DNA of 39,796 nucleotides from Octopus sinensis (Eukaryota), in contig NW_021831712.1 in the NCBI RefSeq assembly GCF_006345805.1, forward strand, positions 1-39,796, written 5' to 3'. Below are positions 10,537-22,647 of this stretch, one piece after another (within the stretch, counting starts at the first letter, position 1; each line of letters opens with the position of its first letter). The notes under the pieces are model-generated. The model saw nothing but the letters and a program-made list of their open reading frames with translations. It did not search any database and was not told where the DNA came from. Both the position numbers and the translations under genes were made by a program.

Positions 10537-11091
10537 GAGTGAGAGAGCAGTTCATGCCATCAAAGTGACACTGGGGTAAAATATACGAAGCCCAATATAC
10601 CCATCATGACTACCCGTCTGATAAGGGTACACCAGGCACATGCATCACAACCATATGTGCGCGACATGGTGATCTCATATCAAGATAAACAACACATGAC
10701 CTTGCAGGTGGGGCCCAGTTAGAATTTTCTTCAGGTTGAGTAGCCCATCCTGCTCAAACGGTCCCTGAATAAGGGTTGCTTTAGGATGTTGAACGAAACA
10801 CCTATGTTTCCAGAGGTGAACCATTCAAACTCCAAAGAATCCCTCTCAACACATGGCCATGATGCTCCCCCACTACTTCTGCTCGTGATCAGAGATGCAC
10901 ATATCGTCAGCCACTAAGGGACATGCTCAACTGGTTAAGGTCAAACAACTGACAAGCAAACCTGTGGTATGAGCAGAATATTTGCTGTAGCCCATCTTTT
11001 ATACCAAGACAAAACAATGTACATGATAACACTTCCAGTCAGTTAAGATCAGAAGCCATGAGAGCCACTGCCTGGTACTGCATCAGGGCAT
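10537..11091 (-). mobile_element. ~555-bp non-coding element flanked by (TAA)n, copy 1 (candidate non-autonomous R4/Dong partner)
   Basis: Precise boundaries against (ATT)n on both sides; a second near-identical copy at 25692-26205; no internal ORF of 60 aa or more in the track; pseudoknot-capable motif near its 3' end. Confidence 0.8.
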
Positions 11092-11118
11092 TTATTATTA
11101 TTATTATTATTATTATTA

Positions 11119-11164
<46 letters not shown>

Positions 11165-12236
11165 GCTGCTGCCGTCTGGTAGCAATAATAATAATAATAT
11201 CGCGCCGGACAAAGCACTTGGTGGCATTTCGTCCGACTTCACGTTCAAAGCTCAGATTGTGCAGAAGTTGCCTTAGTAAAAAAAAGAATTATTATTTTTG
11301 CAAACCTACTTTTTTCTAAACCGTAATAACACATAAAGCGCGACGGGCCACGATCGTGGCCGTCAGGCACAGGTTGACAGGCCACGATTGTAACTCAGGC
11401 ATTTAATTTATGGGCGCTTGTTGGGGTCTAATGTCACTCAAACTCTCCGATACCCCGCAGAATGCAAGAGGACTGATAGTTCAACTAATGACTTTTCAGA
11501 TTATGTAAAACTTGCCACCATTGTATACTAAGAAGATATTTTAACTATTTTTTTGTTTTTTATGTGTGCATGGTAGTCTCATTTGCATAAAATGTGCTCA
11601 GCTATGTAAGTGCAAATTCCAGCGCTTTATGGGTTAACCAACAATATATGCTATTTTCTTTTATAATGCAACAGGAGTTCATACGAGGCAGATAAAGCTA
11701 CTGTTTCTACCTGATCATGCGACGCCGCTTAAAGGCTCCTTCCCCGATTCGGTCCGGTAAATTCCAAAGCAGACAGAATTTCATCGCAAAAGGACAAACA
11801 AATAAAGATAATGTAATGAAGGACTCAAAGGGGTGACTCATCGCGACTCATCGCGTCTCATCGCGTCTCCTCCGTTCACACCATCTCCATCTCCTACCGC
11901 CACTCTTTATAATCTATCTATTCCTCCATCAAGCTATGTATCGCTTTCTCGACCTTTTATAATAGTAGTTTAGTTGTGGTGGAGCTAGTGGAAGTGGTGA
12001 TGGCTGTGGTAGCGATGGTTGTGGCAACGGTAGTTGTGACGCCGGCGTGGTTTTGGCGGCGGCGGCGACGGTAATGTCACTGGCAACAGATGCACTAGTA
12101 ACAATAGTAGTAGTAGCAGTAGTAAACGTAGTAGCATTAGTATTCTCTTTCTCTCTCTCTTCATCTCTCTTTCATCTTTCATACAACCTCCGCCTTCGAC
12201 TCAGTCATCATCCACTTCTTTCTCGCTCACACATCC

Positions 12237-12280
<44 letters not shown>

Positions 12281-13544
12281 TTCTCCGTTTTTTTACTCTC
12301 TTCCCCTCACACTCATCTTCTCTCCATCATCTCTACCTCTCCCCCTCTCTCATTTCTCATTTCTCATCTATCATCTTTTTCTATTGTATCTTTGGTTTGG
12401 CATGACATAACTTGGCTTGCAGTCAGAGAAACGTTTCTGTTAGAATGGCGGCGAATCATGCGGATTTTGCTAATTTCATGCAACAAACTACACCGCATAC
12501 GGCAAGTTTGTTTATTACAGATGCTTCGGAGACAAAACACATCAAAGATATGAAGACATATTTACAATATCTAATCTCATCTCGTTTTGTTTTTTCTCTT
12601 CACTTTCTGCTTTTATTTTTCTTTTGCCTCAACTTTCTTATTTAAACTCTACATCCGTCTTCTAAAACAACAACAACAACAACAATAATAATAATAATGA
12701 TAAAAGAGCAACAACAAAAACAACAACAGCAACTACAAAAACTGCAGCAACAATTACAGCAACACCGATATACGGTTCTCTTTGTAGTTATGTTGTATCT
12801 ACAAGCTGAATAAATATTATCATAAAGAGTGATCGTAGATTTAAACGTTGAAGACATTTAGGCGATTCACTCTGATTGTGTAAAATCTTTTAACCTTCCT
12901 TAGTATTATTTACTAATCGTTTTTATTGTTTTTGTTTTTGTCCTTTCGTTCATCTGCTTGCCAATCTTTCTCACTGTTTCATTGTATTTTGAAATTTATC
13001 AAAACAACCACAAAAAAAAATAATTAAAAAAAAGAGCTATTGTTTCTTTACCTACATGCAAGGAAAGATTTTCTGGTATATTGGCACAGCATACAACAAA
13101 TTTGGATGGCTATCGCTTATTATATATCAACTCACAGTTGTTGTACTTGTTGAAGCATGACTCAGCATTGATCCAGCAAACCTATAAGAAAATGCTTTCA
13201 AGCTCTGTCCAACCCATCTTTCTTAAAAGATATAATACATCCAGACCGACGTTAGACTTTGCCTGTGCTGCATATCATATGTGATAGACACGATGCATTT
13301 CCCTGAAATCCATCTATGATATTCAATACTCATTCCCAGTATTAGTAGTAGTAGTAGTAGTAGTAGAAGTAGTAGTAGTTTTTGTTACTGTTACTTTAGT
13401 GTAGCTCTCTGAATATCCCTGATTGATGGAAATGCCTACACTTGCCTTATCCAGTATAACATATATTATGTTCTCTAAAGGAATGGGTATTAATTCAGAG
13501 AAATTATTTATATTTCTAGTAATTCGCTAGATACCACAAAGATT

Positions 13545-13815
13545 TTAAGTCATGTTGCTGAGACCCCCTTCGGTCATGACTGACCATAGGATTGCACCTA
13601 GAAAGTTACCCTCCCAGGCACAAGTCAGAGCAAGGTTGTTTTATGAAAGGCCAGCAGTTGCCCATGCATACCGGCCTCCCCTCTCCACGCCACCGATGTC
13701 ATCCAAGGGAAAGGCAAAAGGGGCCGATACAACTTGGCACCTGTGACGTCGCAACTCATTTCTACAGCTGAGTGAACTGGAGCAACGTGAAACAAAGTAT
13801 TCTTTTCCATAAGAC
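13545..13815 (-). mobile_element. SINE family 3, head missing
   Basis: Homologous to 20203-20540. Confidence 0.85.
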
Positions 13816-14668
13816 CTAAGTTACTCCAGTGGTCTCAAAGCGATTGCGAATGTGTATAATTTATGGTAAACAACATCCAGGGAAACGTGTCCTCTGTATA
13901 CGAAGGACAAGAGAGCAAGGAAAGTGTTTAAAAGTATTGTCAATATTCAATGACCAGTTATAGTCAACCAGATGAATCTCAAACTAAAAGTAAGTCAATA
14001 ATCTTCTTAACAAAATGTAAATGAGAAGACAGCGATGCTCTGAGTATACACAATGCGAACCAGTAACGAGAGTTTGCAGACATATCTTTACATGGAATCT
14101 GCAAAGAAACTGGAGAAGTCGGCCAAGAATTCACCACTGCCTAGTTCTCTGAGAGCCAAAACATTTCATTCAGTTTCGGGAGAAGCCAAATATACTTTGT
14201 CGGATATACAATTATTAATATACAAGCACACACACAAACACAGTTCTTAGAAACATGTTTATTTGGCATTCGACATCATTGGTTGGTTATCACCACAGAG
14301 TTTCAATATGGCGTGACGTGTTTATTGTATTAAGATCACGAGGACTCTCTAACTAAATAGATTTACGAGAAACCACCTTTGAAGTCTATTTTATATATAG
14401 AATTATGTTGCAGTATGACTGTTTGCGTGTGCGTGTGTGCGCGTGTGCGTGTGTGCGCGTGTGCGTGTGTGCGCGTGTGCGTGTGTGCGCGTGTGCGTGT
14501 GTATGTGCGTGTGCGCGCGTGTGCATGTATGTACGTATGTATGAGTGCGTTTATGCGTGTGTGTGCGCTTGAACCTGTCTGTATATACGTGGTTAAAGAC
14601 GTGTGTGTGTGCATGGATATGTGTGTATTATGTCCAAGTATATAGAGGCATGTATGTTTTTGCATATT

Positions 14669-14829
14669 GGCGCAGGCGTGGCTGTGTGGCACCAAGCTTG
14701 CTTCCCAACCACATGGTTCAGGTTCAGACCCACTGCGAGGCACCTTGGGCAAGTTGCTTCTACTATAGCCTTGGGCCGACCAAAGCCTTTTGAATGGATT
14801 TGGTAGACGGAAACTGAAAGAATACCGTC

Positions 14830-14830
<1 letters not shown>
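14669..14830 (+). mobile_element. SINE family 1, 5' half
   Basis: ggcgcaggcgtggctgtgtgg...ggatttggtagacggaaactgaaag, ending at (TA)n. Confidence 0.88.
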
Positions 14831-14869
<39 letters not shown>

Positions 14870-14880
14870 TTCCCATGGGC

Positions 14881-15289
14881 CTACAAGCTACAGTAACATC
14901 CACCCTTAGTGGTTAGCCATATTTAGATGGCAAATATTCACATTGTCATGCAGTTACTGTCTATATCTCGTTCAGAGATTTATTATTCCTTGTTTACACT
15001 TTTTGAAGATCAGTGACGAAAATTCGCTGGAAAAAGAATATATGTATTTGCACTGGGACCCCTTTCATCGAAGACTGGTGATTGTCGTACGCTGATGACG
15101 TGTCAATACTCAGAAACCCAGGTCCGTGCGTATCACGTAATTTGACGATGGGAAGGATGGCTTCCCTATGCAAATACCGATAGGGCACAGAAAGTGTGTC
15201 AATAGCCAGCTGGAGAAGATGTTCTCCTGGGGCTACAAGCTACAGTAACATCCACCCTTAGTGGTTAGCCATATTTAGATAGCAAATAT
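14881..15289 (+). repeat. 57-bp direct repeats (14881-14937 and 15233-15289)
   Basis: One mismatch, offset 352. Confidence 0.9.
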
Positions 15290-15318
15290 ACTTCACATAT
15301 TTATATATATATATATAT

Positions 15319-15373
<55 letters not shown>

Positions 15374-15506
15374 TTCGCACAATTACCGAACCTGGAACAT
15401 AACTATGGTCATTCCATAGCACTTATTGAGCATTCCCTCACAAGTTTGGGTCTCACTGACACCATTACCTCTCATAACTCTCTCTCTCTCTCTCTCTCTC
15501 TCTATA

Positions 15507-15543
<37 letters not shown>

Positions 15544-15660
15544 ATATACAGATACAAGAGAGAGAGAGAGAGAGGAGAGAGTGAAGATGGACTGAAGCCT
15601 TCACAGGCAGACTGGACTGCACAGGATGAGGGAGTGCTGGAGCTGTGAAATCTTCTACAC

Positions 15661-15867
15661 GTGAGCTGGCAGAAACGTTAGCTCACCGGGAGAAACGCTT
15701 AGCGGTATTTCGTATATCTTTATATTTTGAGTTCAAATTCCGCCGAGATCGACTTTGCCTTTCATCCTTTCGGGGTCGATAAAATAAGTACCAGTTGCTT
15801 ACTGGGGGCGATGTAATCGACTGACCCCTCCCACAAAATTTCGGGCCTTGTGCTTAGAGTAGGAAAG
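15661..15867 (+). mobile_element. SINE family 2 (head GGCGGCGAGCTGGCAGAA..)
   Basis: gagctggcagaaacgttagc..gagttcaaattccgccgag..ttcggggtcgataaa..agtaccagtt. Confidence 0.9.
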
Positions 15868-16907
15868 ATTAACTTCAATTCTTCTCAGTAATGATTCGAA
15901 TGGTTCTTTTCCAGTTAAACTGATATCCGATTGGTCAAGAAAACTTCAAATGAGACTAGTAGCGATTTCTCTTCAAAATCGACAAAATTTGTCATCGTGG
16001 TGTTATCAAGTACCTACAGAGAAACGGTTTCGCCCCTCAGATGATTCACACTGAAACGGCTGCTACATTGGGGGATGGCGCTCCGGCTTTGTTAACAGTG
16101 CAAAAGTGAGCAGTTGAATTTAGGAAGGAAAGGGAGGGTCACGGAGTTGACCTGCGGCCTGGTCATCCTGCAGCAGCTACCACCGAGGAAAACATTGATC
16201 GTGTTACGTCTTCTCACACCTCGTCAAAGCGCACAAATCACGAGGAAATCTTACATTGTTTGAGGCAGATCCATTTGTTTTCCTTCTTGAACATATCAAT
16301 CCAGAATGACTATTGGATTCATCACTTTGACTCACAACCTCAACACCTTCTCCAAAGAAGGCAAGGTCGTTTCACGAGTAGGGAAGATGAAGGCCTCCGT
16401 TTTGGGTGATGCAAAAGGCATTGAATTTGACTCTCTTCAAAAGCGCCACACTATCAAGGGCCTCACTATCAACTTGCTAAGACAGAAACGAAAAGCTATC
16501 AAGAGCAAACGCCTAGGAAAAAAAGGACGGTGTTACCTCAGGATCATGCTCCAGCACACAAGCTCTTGATTTCGATGGCTGCAAGGGAGCACGAGTTTGG
16601 CTTTGAACTTTTGATCGACCCCTCCAATTCTCCTGATTTGCTCACATCTGAATATCATCTCTTCCCCAACATGAAAAACACTTGGCTGCGAACAAGTATC
16701 TCGGTGATGAATACGTCATATCTTCGTTGATGACATTTTTCGAGAAACAGGATAAAAGTCTCTTCACAAATTGGATTGAAATACTACAAAAGCAATGAAG
16801 GGAGTGTGTGGAACATAAGGGGAACTATGCTGAAAAATAAACCTCTTTCGGTCGCATTCCATGCGAGTATCTTCTTCAGCCTATGAACGTTTCAACCGAC
16901 CATCCTG
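15868..16907 (+). mobile_element. Decayed mariner transposon (probably irritans/Himar1-like) with internal deletions
   Basis: (ATC for ATG)-DKICHRGVIKYL..GDGAPALLTVQK*AVEFRK..RPGHPAAATTEENIDRV; QDHAPAHK; PSNSPDLLTSEYHLFPNMK; GNYAEK*; degenerate right TIR near 16877-16905. Confidence 0.8.
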
Positions 16908-16920
16908 CATACATGCATGT

Positions 16921-17353
16921 AAGCATGTCTGTGTGGAAAGAAGTTTGCTTCCAAACCACATGGTTCGGGGTTCAGTCCCACTCCGTAGCCCCTTGTGACA
17001 GTGTCTTCTACTATAGCCTTGGGTCGACCAAGGTCTTGTGAGTGAATTTGGTAGACGGAAACTGAAATAAGCCCGTCGTATATATATATATACGTACAAA
17101 TATACGTACATATATATATATATGTATGTGTGTGTGTATTTGTGTGTCTGTGTTTTGCTCCCACCGTCGCTTGCAACCGATGTTGGTGTGTTTACATCTC
17201 TGTAACATATCCATTCATCAAAAGAGACCGATAGAATAAGAACTAGGCTTACAAAGAATAAGTCCTGGGGGTCAATTTGTTCGGCTAAAACCCTTTAAGG
17301 CAGTGCTCCAGTATGGGCGCAGTGAAATGACTGAAACAAATAACAATAAAAGA
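16921..17353 (+). mobile_element. SINE family 1, near full length
   Basis: Reverse complement of 7224-7646 over most of its length. Confidence 0.88.
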
Positions 17354-18347
17354 ATATGTGGGCGCGCATGTGTGTGTGTATGTAAGTGTGTGTATGTGTG
17401 AGTCTGTGTGTATGTGTGTGTGCGAGTGTTTGTGTATGTGTGTGAGAGAGTGTGTGTTAGTGTGTGTGCATATGTATGTGGTGTGTAGTGTTTCTATGTG
17501 TGTATATATGTGTGTGCAGTGTATGTGTGTGTAGTGTGTGTGTATGTGTGTGTGTGTAGTGTTTGTATATGTGTATTGTGTTTGTAGTATTTGTATGTAT
17601 GTGTATATGTGTATGTTTAGTGTATGTGTGTGTTTAGTGTGTCGTCTTTTATATGTATACATACACGTGTGTTGGTATGTGTGTGCGTGTGTGTATGTGT
17701 GTCGCTGTGTGTATATAGTCGTCATTGTTTATCGATATATATCATATATCTTATCCGACAAACTTATCGTTTCAAGGAGTGGGTTATATATAAATGGTAT
17801 TTGTCAGTCTTGAGAAGAAACTAATAAATTCTGTGAATAAATAGATATTCCAAAACAAAAGTCTATGACCTTTAAAATATCTTCTTTGTTTGTCTAACAC
17901 TCTTTCTCCGTTTCAGAATAGAAGCAGAGACTGATGGAAAATTATTGTTTTAATATTTCAAAATTTAGTGCAGATGTGACTCTCGGTTAAGTAGTTCGCT
18001 CTGCGTGGTGAGTTCGTTCTGAGAGCACGGCAAGCCATTTGCGCATTTATCACTGATAAAGGGAAGGTTCTTATGAACTAACTCTGAAATCGGGTCCGAT
18101 ATGGTAATAACGGGATTTTTTAGAAATTTCTGTCGGCTTTCTTCGAGGCGCGTGCTTGTAGTAATGAATTATAATGGCTATCGACGTTGTGTCTATTTTC
18201 GGCATATTTTGGTATTAGATTCTTTTTTTCTTTTGCCCTTGCTTATAAATTGTTTATAAATTTAACCTTTAAAGGTAATTTTTTTAATATGCTGACCATT
18301 GATAAAATGTTTTCCGAAAATTTTATCCTATATTAGATATATATACA

Positions 18348-18386
<39 letters not shown>

Positions 18387-18454
18387 ATATATATATAATA
18401 TATTATATATATTATATATATATTATAATATAATATTAATATATATATATATAT

Positions 18455-18707
18455 GGTAGCAGGAGCACTCTGTCGGTTACGGCGGCAAGAGTCGAAGCTG
18501 ATCCGATCAACGGAACACCTTGCTCCTGAAGTTAACGTGCAAGTGGTTGAGCACTCCACGGACATGTGTACCCTTTACGCAGTTCTCAGGGAGATTCAAT
18601 GTGACATTGAGTGTGACAAGACTGGCCTCTTGAATTAAGGTACAACATATTTTTGCCAGCTGAGTGAACTGGAGCAACGTGAAATAGTGTCTCGCTCAAG
18701 GACACAA
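18455..18707 (-). mobile_element. SINE family 4, head truncated
   Basis: Reverse complement of the 21400-21586 body. Confidence 0.82.
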
Positions 18708-18846
18708 GTTCAATTTTCGGCGACACGTAGTGTCCTTGAACAAGACTCTTTATTTCACGTTGCTCCAGTCCACTCAGGTATGAAGGCGTGTGACACAGTG
18801 GCCAGAGATATTTGGCTCACGCTCATGTAGTCATTAGTGATATATA

Positions 18847-19766
18847 CAGGCCTACCTCGGCTTAAGTCGTTTCGATTCAGTTGCTCTCGGTTATACGTCG
18901 GTTTTCAAAAATAATAAATGGGAAAATAAAGGCGGTGAGCAGGCAGAAACGTTAACACGCTGCGTGAAATGCTTAGCGGTATTTCGTTTGTCTTTACGTT
19001 CAGAGTTCAAATTCCGCCGAAGTTGTCGATAAATTAACTACCTGTTGCCTACTGGGGTCGATCTAATCAACTGGCCCCTTCCCCAAAAATTTCGGGCCTT
19101 TTGCCTAGAGTAGAAAAGAATGTATGGAAAAATGAAAATCAGGTTAAATCATTTCACTCGACTTTACGTCTCTCTGTCACAAATATTGGAATCGTAAAAT
19201 CAGTAGAAAACCGTTAGAAGTACATAAAATCATGTTACTCTCCAATAAATAGGAATAAAAGCATATAAAATGATATTAAAATACGTACACTAAATGTTAA
19301 GATACACACCATAAAGTAGTGTAGCTTAGTGAACCAAATTATGAAAACAAACGAAATCACCAAATTGTATGTCCATATTGGTAAATTTTAAATTATTTAG
19401 ATCTTTTAATATTGCGAAATAATAATAATTACTAAATTTGTTTTCTAAGCTTAAAAAAGGTTTTAATTTTACTATGTCTTATTGCAAGGTAAACACTGCC
19501 AAATTGTATTCGTAAATTTAGATTACTTTTTTTTACTGTACTGTATTAAAAAAAAAAATTATTTGTTTGCAAGCTTAAAATAGGTCTTTATTAACCATGT
19601 ATTATTGAAAATACATTCATAAATAAAGCACAGAACTGGGAATGGTTATTATCGGTTTAGCCTAGAGACAAGTAAATTCGGCCTAGCCTAGCCTAGAGAC
19701 AAGTTAATTCGACTTAAGTCGTGTCTCCTGTAACCAATTAACAACGTAGAGTGAAGTATGCCAGTG
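18847..19766. mobile_element. Degenerate Tigger/pogo-like non-autonomous DNA element with a nested SINE
   Basis: Left end TA-CAGGCCTACCTCGGCTTAAGTCG; right end reverse complement CACTGGCATACTTC...CGACTTAAGTCGAA; AT-rich interior with a degenerate ~135-bp tandem duplication (19380-19615). Confidence 0.45.
18929..19121 (+). mobile_element. SINE family 2
   Basis: Same head, B-box and body as 15661-15867. Confidence 0.9.
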
Positions 19767-20202
19767 TGTGTATATATATATATATATACATATCTTAGTT
19801 TAGTTAAAATATGTTCGTAACAAATTCTCTCTTATGGCAAAAGGTGTAGAAACACGATATGTACCAAGTGCTTCCCTCTAGGGGATTCTCACGATGCACG
19901 TTTCTGATTCTTCTGCCTCCTCAATGGAAAATACCGAAGACAGATAATCCTGGGTAGATTCTACTCTGTAGTTGTAACTAAACAACAGTCAACATCAGTG
20001 ATACAGTAGCCCCTGTGGAACGCCTGGTCAGAATAAAATAGTAGCATTGTTGATTGATTTTTAGTTAAAGCTACGGCTTTGAACCTGCCCAGGGTTGTCG
20101 CCCTTCGGTATTTCCTTTTGTGGAGGACTAAAAAGCACTGGATAGATATGTTCGTTTTACACCTTTTAACGTAATAAATGTTTTTTACCTGCACAGTAAA
20201 AA

Positions 20203-20540
20203 TTAAAGATGCTCTTCGATCACGAATGACCATGGGATTGCACCTAGAAAGTTCCCCTCCGTGACACAAGTCCCATCAAGGTTGTTTATAGAAGACCAGC
20301 AGTCACCCATGCATACCAGCCTCCCTTTCTCCACGACACTGATGTTATCCAAGGGAAAGGCAAAGGCTAATACAGCTTGGTACCAGTTAGGTCGCAACTC
20401 ATTTCCACAGCTGAGTGAACCGGAGCAACGTCAAATAAATTGTCTTGCTCAAGAGCCCAACACACAGCCCGGACTGGGAATCGAACTTACTACCTCGTGA
20501 TTGTGAGCCCGACGCTCTAACCACTGAGTTCAGAGCCTTC
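20203..20540 (-). mobile_element. SINE family 3, full length
   Basis: Reverse complement starts with a tRNA-like head (ctcagtggttagagcgtcgggctcacaatc..agttcgattccc). Confidence 0.9.
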
Positions 20541-20604
20541 AACTGCAGTGAATTTGTCTTTGCAAGTTAAAACATGTCATGAACATATTTTTAACTAGCT
20601 TAAA

Positions 20605-20649
<45 letters not shown>

Positions 20650-21296
20650 ATATATATGGATCTAATATACGATTATGATATAGTATTCTTTTTAAATTTT
20701 CTTTCCAACTACCAGAATGTTCTGAAATAACCTTCAAAATTATGTTCAAATATTCCATAGACATGCATATTATTACAACACCATTTTTCTTCATGTCAAG
20801 TTGCAAAGCACAGACGGAACATGAAAGGAAGCGGAAATACTCTCTTTCTTTACATGGCTTTTATGTTCGAGTATTTTCAGCACTAATAAACGTCCGATTT
20901 AATTTTACAGTTAGTGTCATCGCTGTTCTCCAAACTGCCACGTATTGGATACTGTCCAAGACACACTGTCACCGTCTCCATATTTTAGCCTCACTTTTGT
21001 GTCCAAGAAAAATTTTCAGACATGTTCTATTATATTTTATGGTGATTTTATCGCGTCATCAATAAAGTCTGGCTAGACATTTTGTTTTCTCCTTTATAAA
21101 ACTGCGATGGCTTCCCTGCCAAACATTTTTATTTAAAGTGTTCATTTATATAGAATGGTTTAAGCGTTTTAAATTGCTCAACGAAATATTGATTTCTCTC
21201 GAGAGTCTGTTACAAAGTAGCAGTTGCTACAGTTGGTTCTTTGCTCTGTTTTTCTTTTTTTTTTTGTTATTCTTTTTTCATCTATTTAGAACCAGT

Positions 21297-21586
21297 AAAG
21301 GCACCTGGCTTAGTGGCTATTGTATTTGGCTCACTATCGTAAGGACGTGAGTTCGATTTCCGGCGGCGTGTTGTATCCATGAGCAGGACAGTTGGCAAAA
21401 ATGAAAATGAGTTGTACCTGTAATTCAACGGGGCCAGCCTTGTCACATTCTGTGAATTTCCCTGAGAACAAACGTTAAGGTTACGCGAGTCCCTGGGATG
21501 CTCAGCCATGTGAACGTTAGTTTCACGTGCAGACTTCCGTTGATTGAATCAGTTGGAACGTTCGTCATCGTAACAGACGGAAACCC
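21297..21586 (+). mobile_element. SINE family 4 (tRNA head plus conserved-looking central domain)
   Basis: TGGCTTAGTGG A-box, GAGTTCGATTTCC B-box; body homologous to 18455-18707 on the minus strand. Confidence 0.82.
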
Positions 21587-21719
21587 TATGCTATTAGGGA
21601 ATCACAACCGTATGTAACATTTACAGTTACTCCACCGAACAGTTCGGTGCTTTGTTATGCTTTAACCCCAGGTCGGTTTTGATGCACACTTAAAGACAAT
21701 TAAAACTATAAGCATTCCC

Positions 21720-22391
21720 TTCTTTTAAGCAACAAAAGCTACCCGTTTCGCGATGAGAAGTGAATTCTTTACGACAACCGGCGACGCTCAGCTCGGTGAT
21801 TGGACGCCGACGAAGCTACATGGCACTTTTCGAAGTAAAGTTGCACCAAAAGAAGGTCATGACGACTTTCTGGTGGTCTGCTGGCGGTCTCATCCATCAC
21901 GGCATTTTGTATCCAGGCGGAACCATTACGGCGGAGAAGTACTGTCAGCAAATGGATAAAATGCATAAGAAACTCCAACAACAACAACCAGCATTGGTCA
22001 ATAGAAAAGACCAATTCTTCTCCACGACAATGCTCGGCTGCACAACTGACCCTGCAGTAGTTGAACGAATTGGGCTACGAAAGTCTTCCTCATCCGCCAT
22101 TCTCACCAGACCTCTCGCATACCGACTACCACATTTTCAGGCATCTCGACAACTTCCTGCGTGAGAAATGCCTCAAAAACCAAGACCATGCCAAACACGC
22201 CTTCAACGACTTTATCGCCATCAGAACTCCGGATTTTTATGCTACTGGCATAAATAAGCTTGTTCCGTATTGGCAAAAGTGTGTTGATTCTGATGATGTT
22301 TATTTCAATTATTCAAGTTTTGTTTGAGCCGAGATATGTGCGTCTGAATTTAAAGGTTAAAAACCGCAAGAACTTTCTTGACAACCTAATA
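21720..22391 (+). mobile_element. Decayed mariner transposon, 3' part with right TIR (Hsmar1/SETMAR-like, cecropia type)
   Basis: DEK-ILYDN, KLHQKKVM..WW..GLIHH, ITAEKYCQQMD, LHDNAR, LPHPPFSPDLSHTDYHIFRHLDNFL, WQKCV. The TIR reverse complement TTAGGTTGTCAAGAAAGTTCTTGCGGTTTTT resembles the Hsmar1 TIR and is followed by TA. Confidence 0.92.
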
Positions 22392-22647
22392 CAACTACAG
22401 CAGCTACACGCTGGATTGTAATCCTGGAATCAGCAGTTTTGCTTCAAAAGGATACAGCTTACATTTCACACTACCGACTTAATAGGCACACACACACAAC
22501 ACACACACACACACACACACATACACACACACACACACACACATGCACACACACACACACATACACACACACACACTCACACACTCAGAAACAGACACAC
22601 AGGCGCGCACGCACGTGCAAGCACATGCGCACACAGACGTATATACA

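Noticed and set aside
10880-10915. Minus-strand CUGACGA within the 555-bp element
   Set aside because: No suitably placed GAAA and helix III.
11040-11091. snRNA, tRNA-Sec, snoRNA or HDV-ribozyme origin for the 5' end of the 555-bp element
   Set aside because: Only a few bases resemble U2, tRNA-Sec or box C/D, and I could not build an HDV P1-P4 fold by eye; needs an Rfam search.
16815-16890. Minus-strand CUGAAGA..UCGCAU-GGA-AUGCGA..GAAA hammerhead-like match
   Set aside because: No helix I or helix III partner; lies in the mariner 3' end.
20742-21065. 107-aa ORF or possible exon after TTTTACAG
   Set aside because: No recognisable domain and no convincing splice donor.
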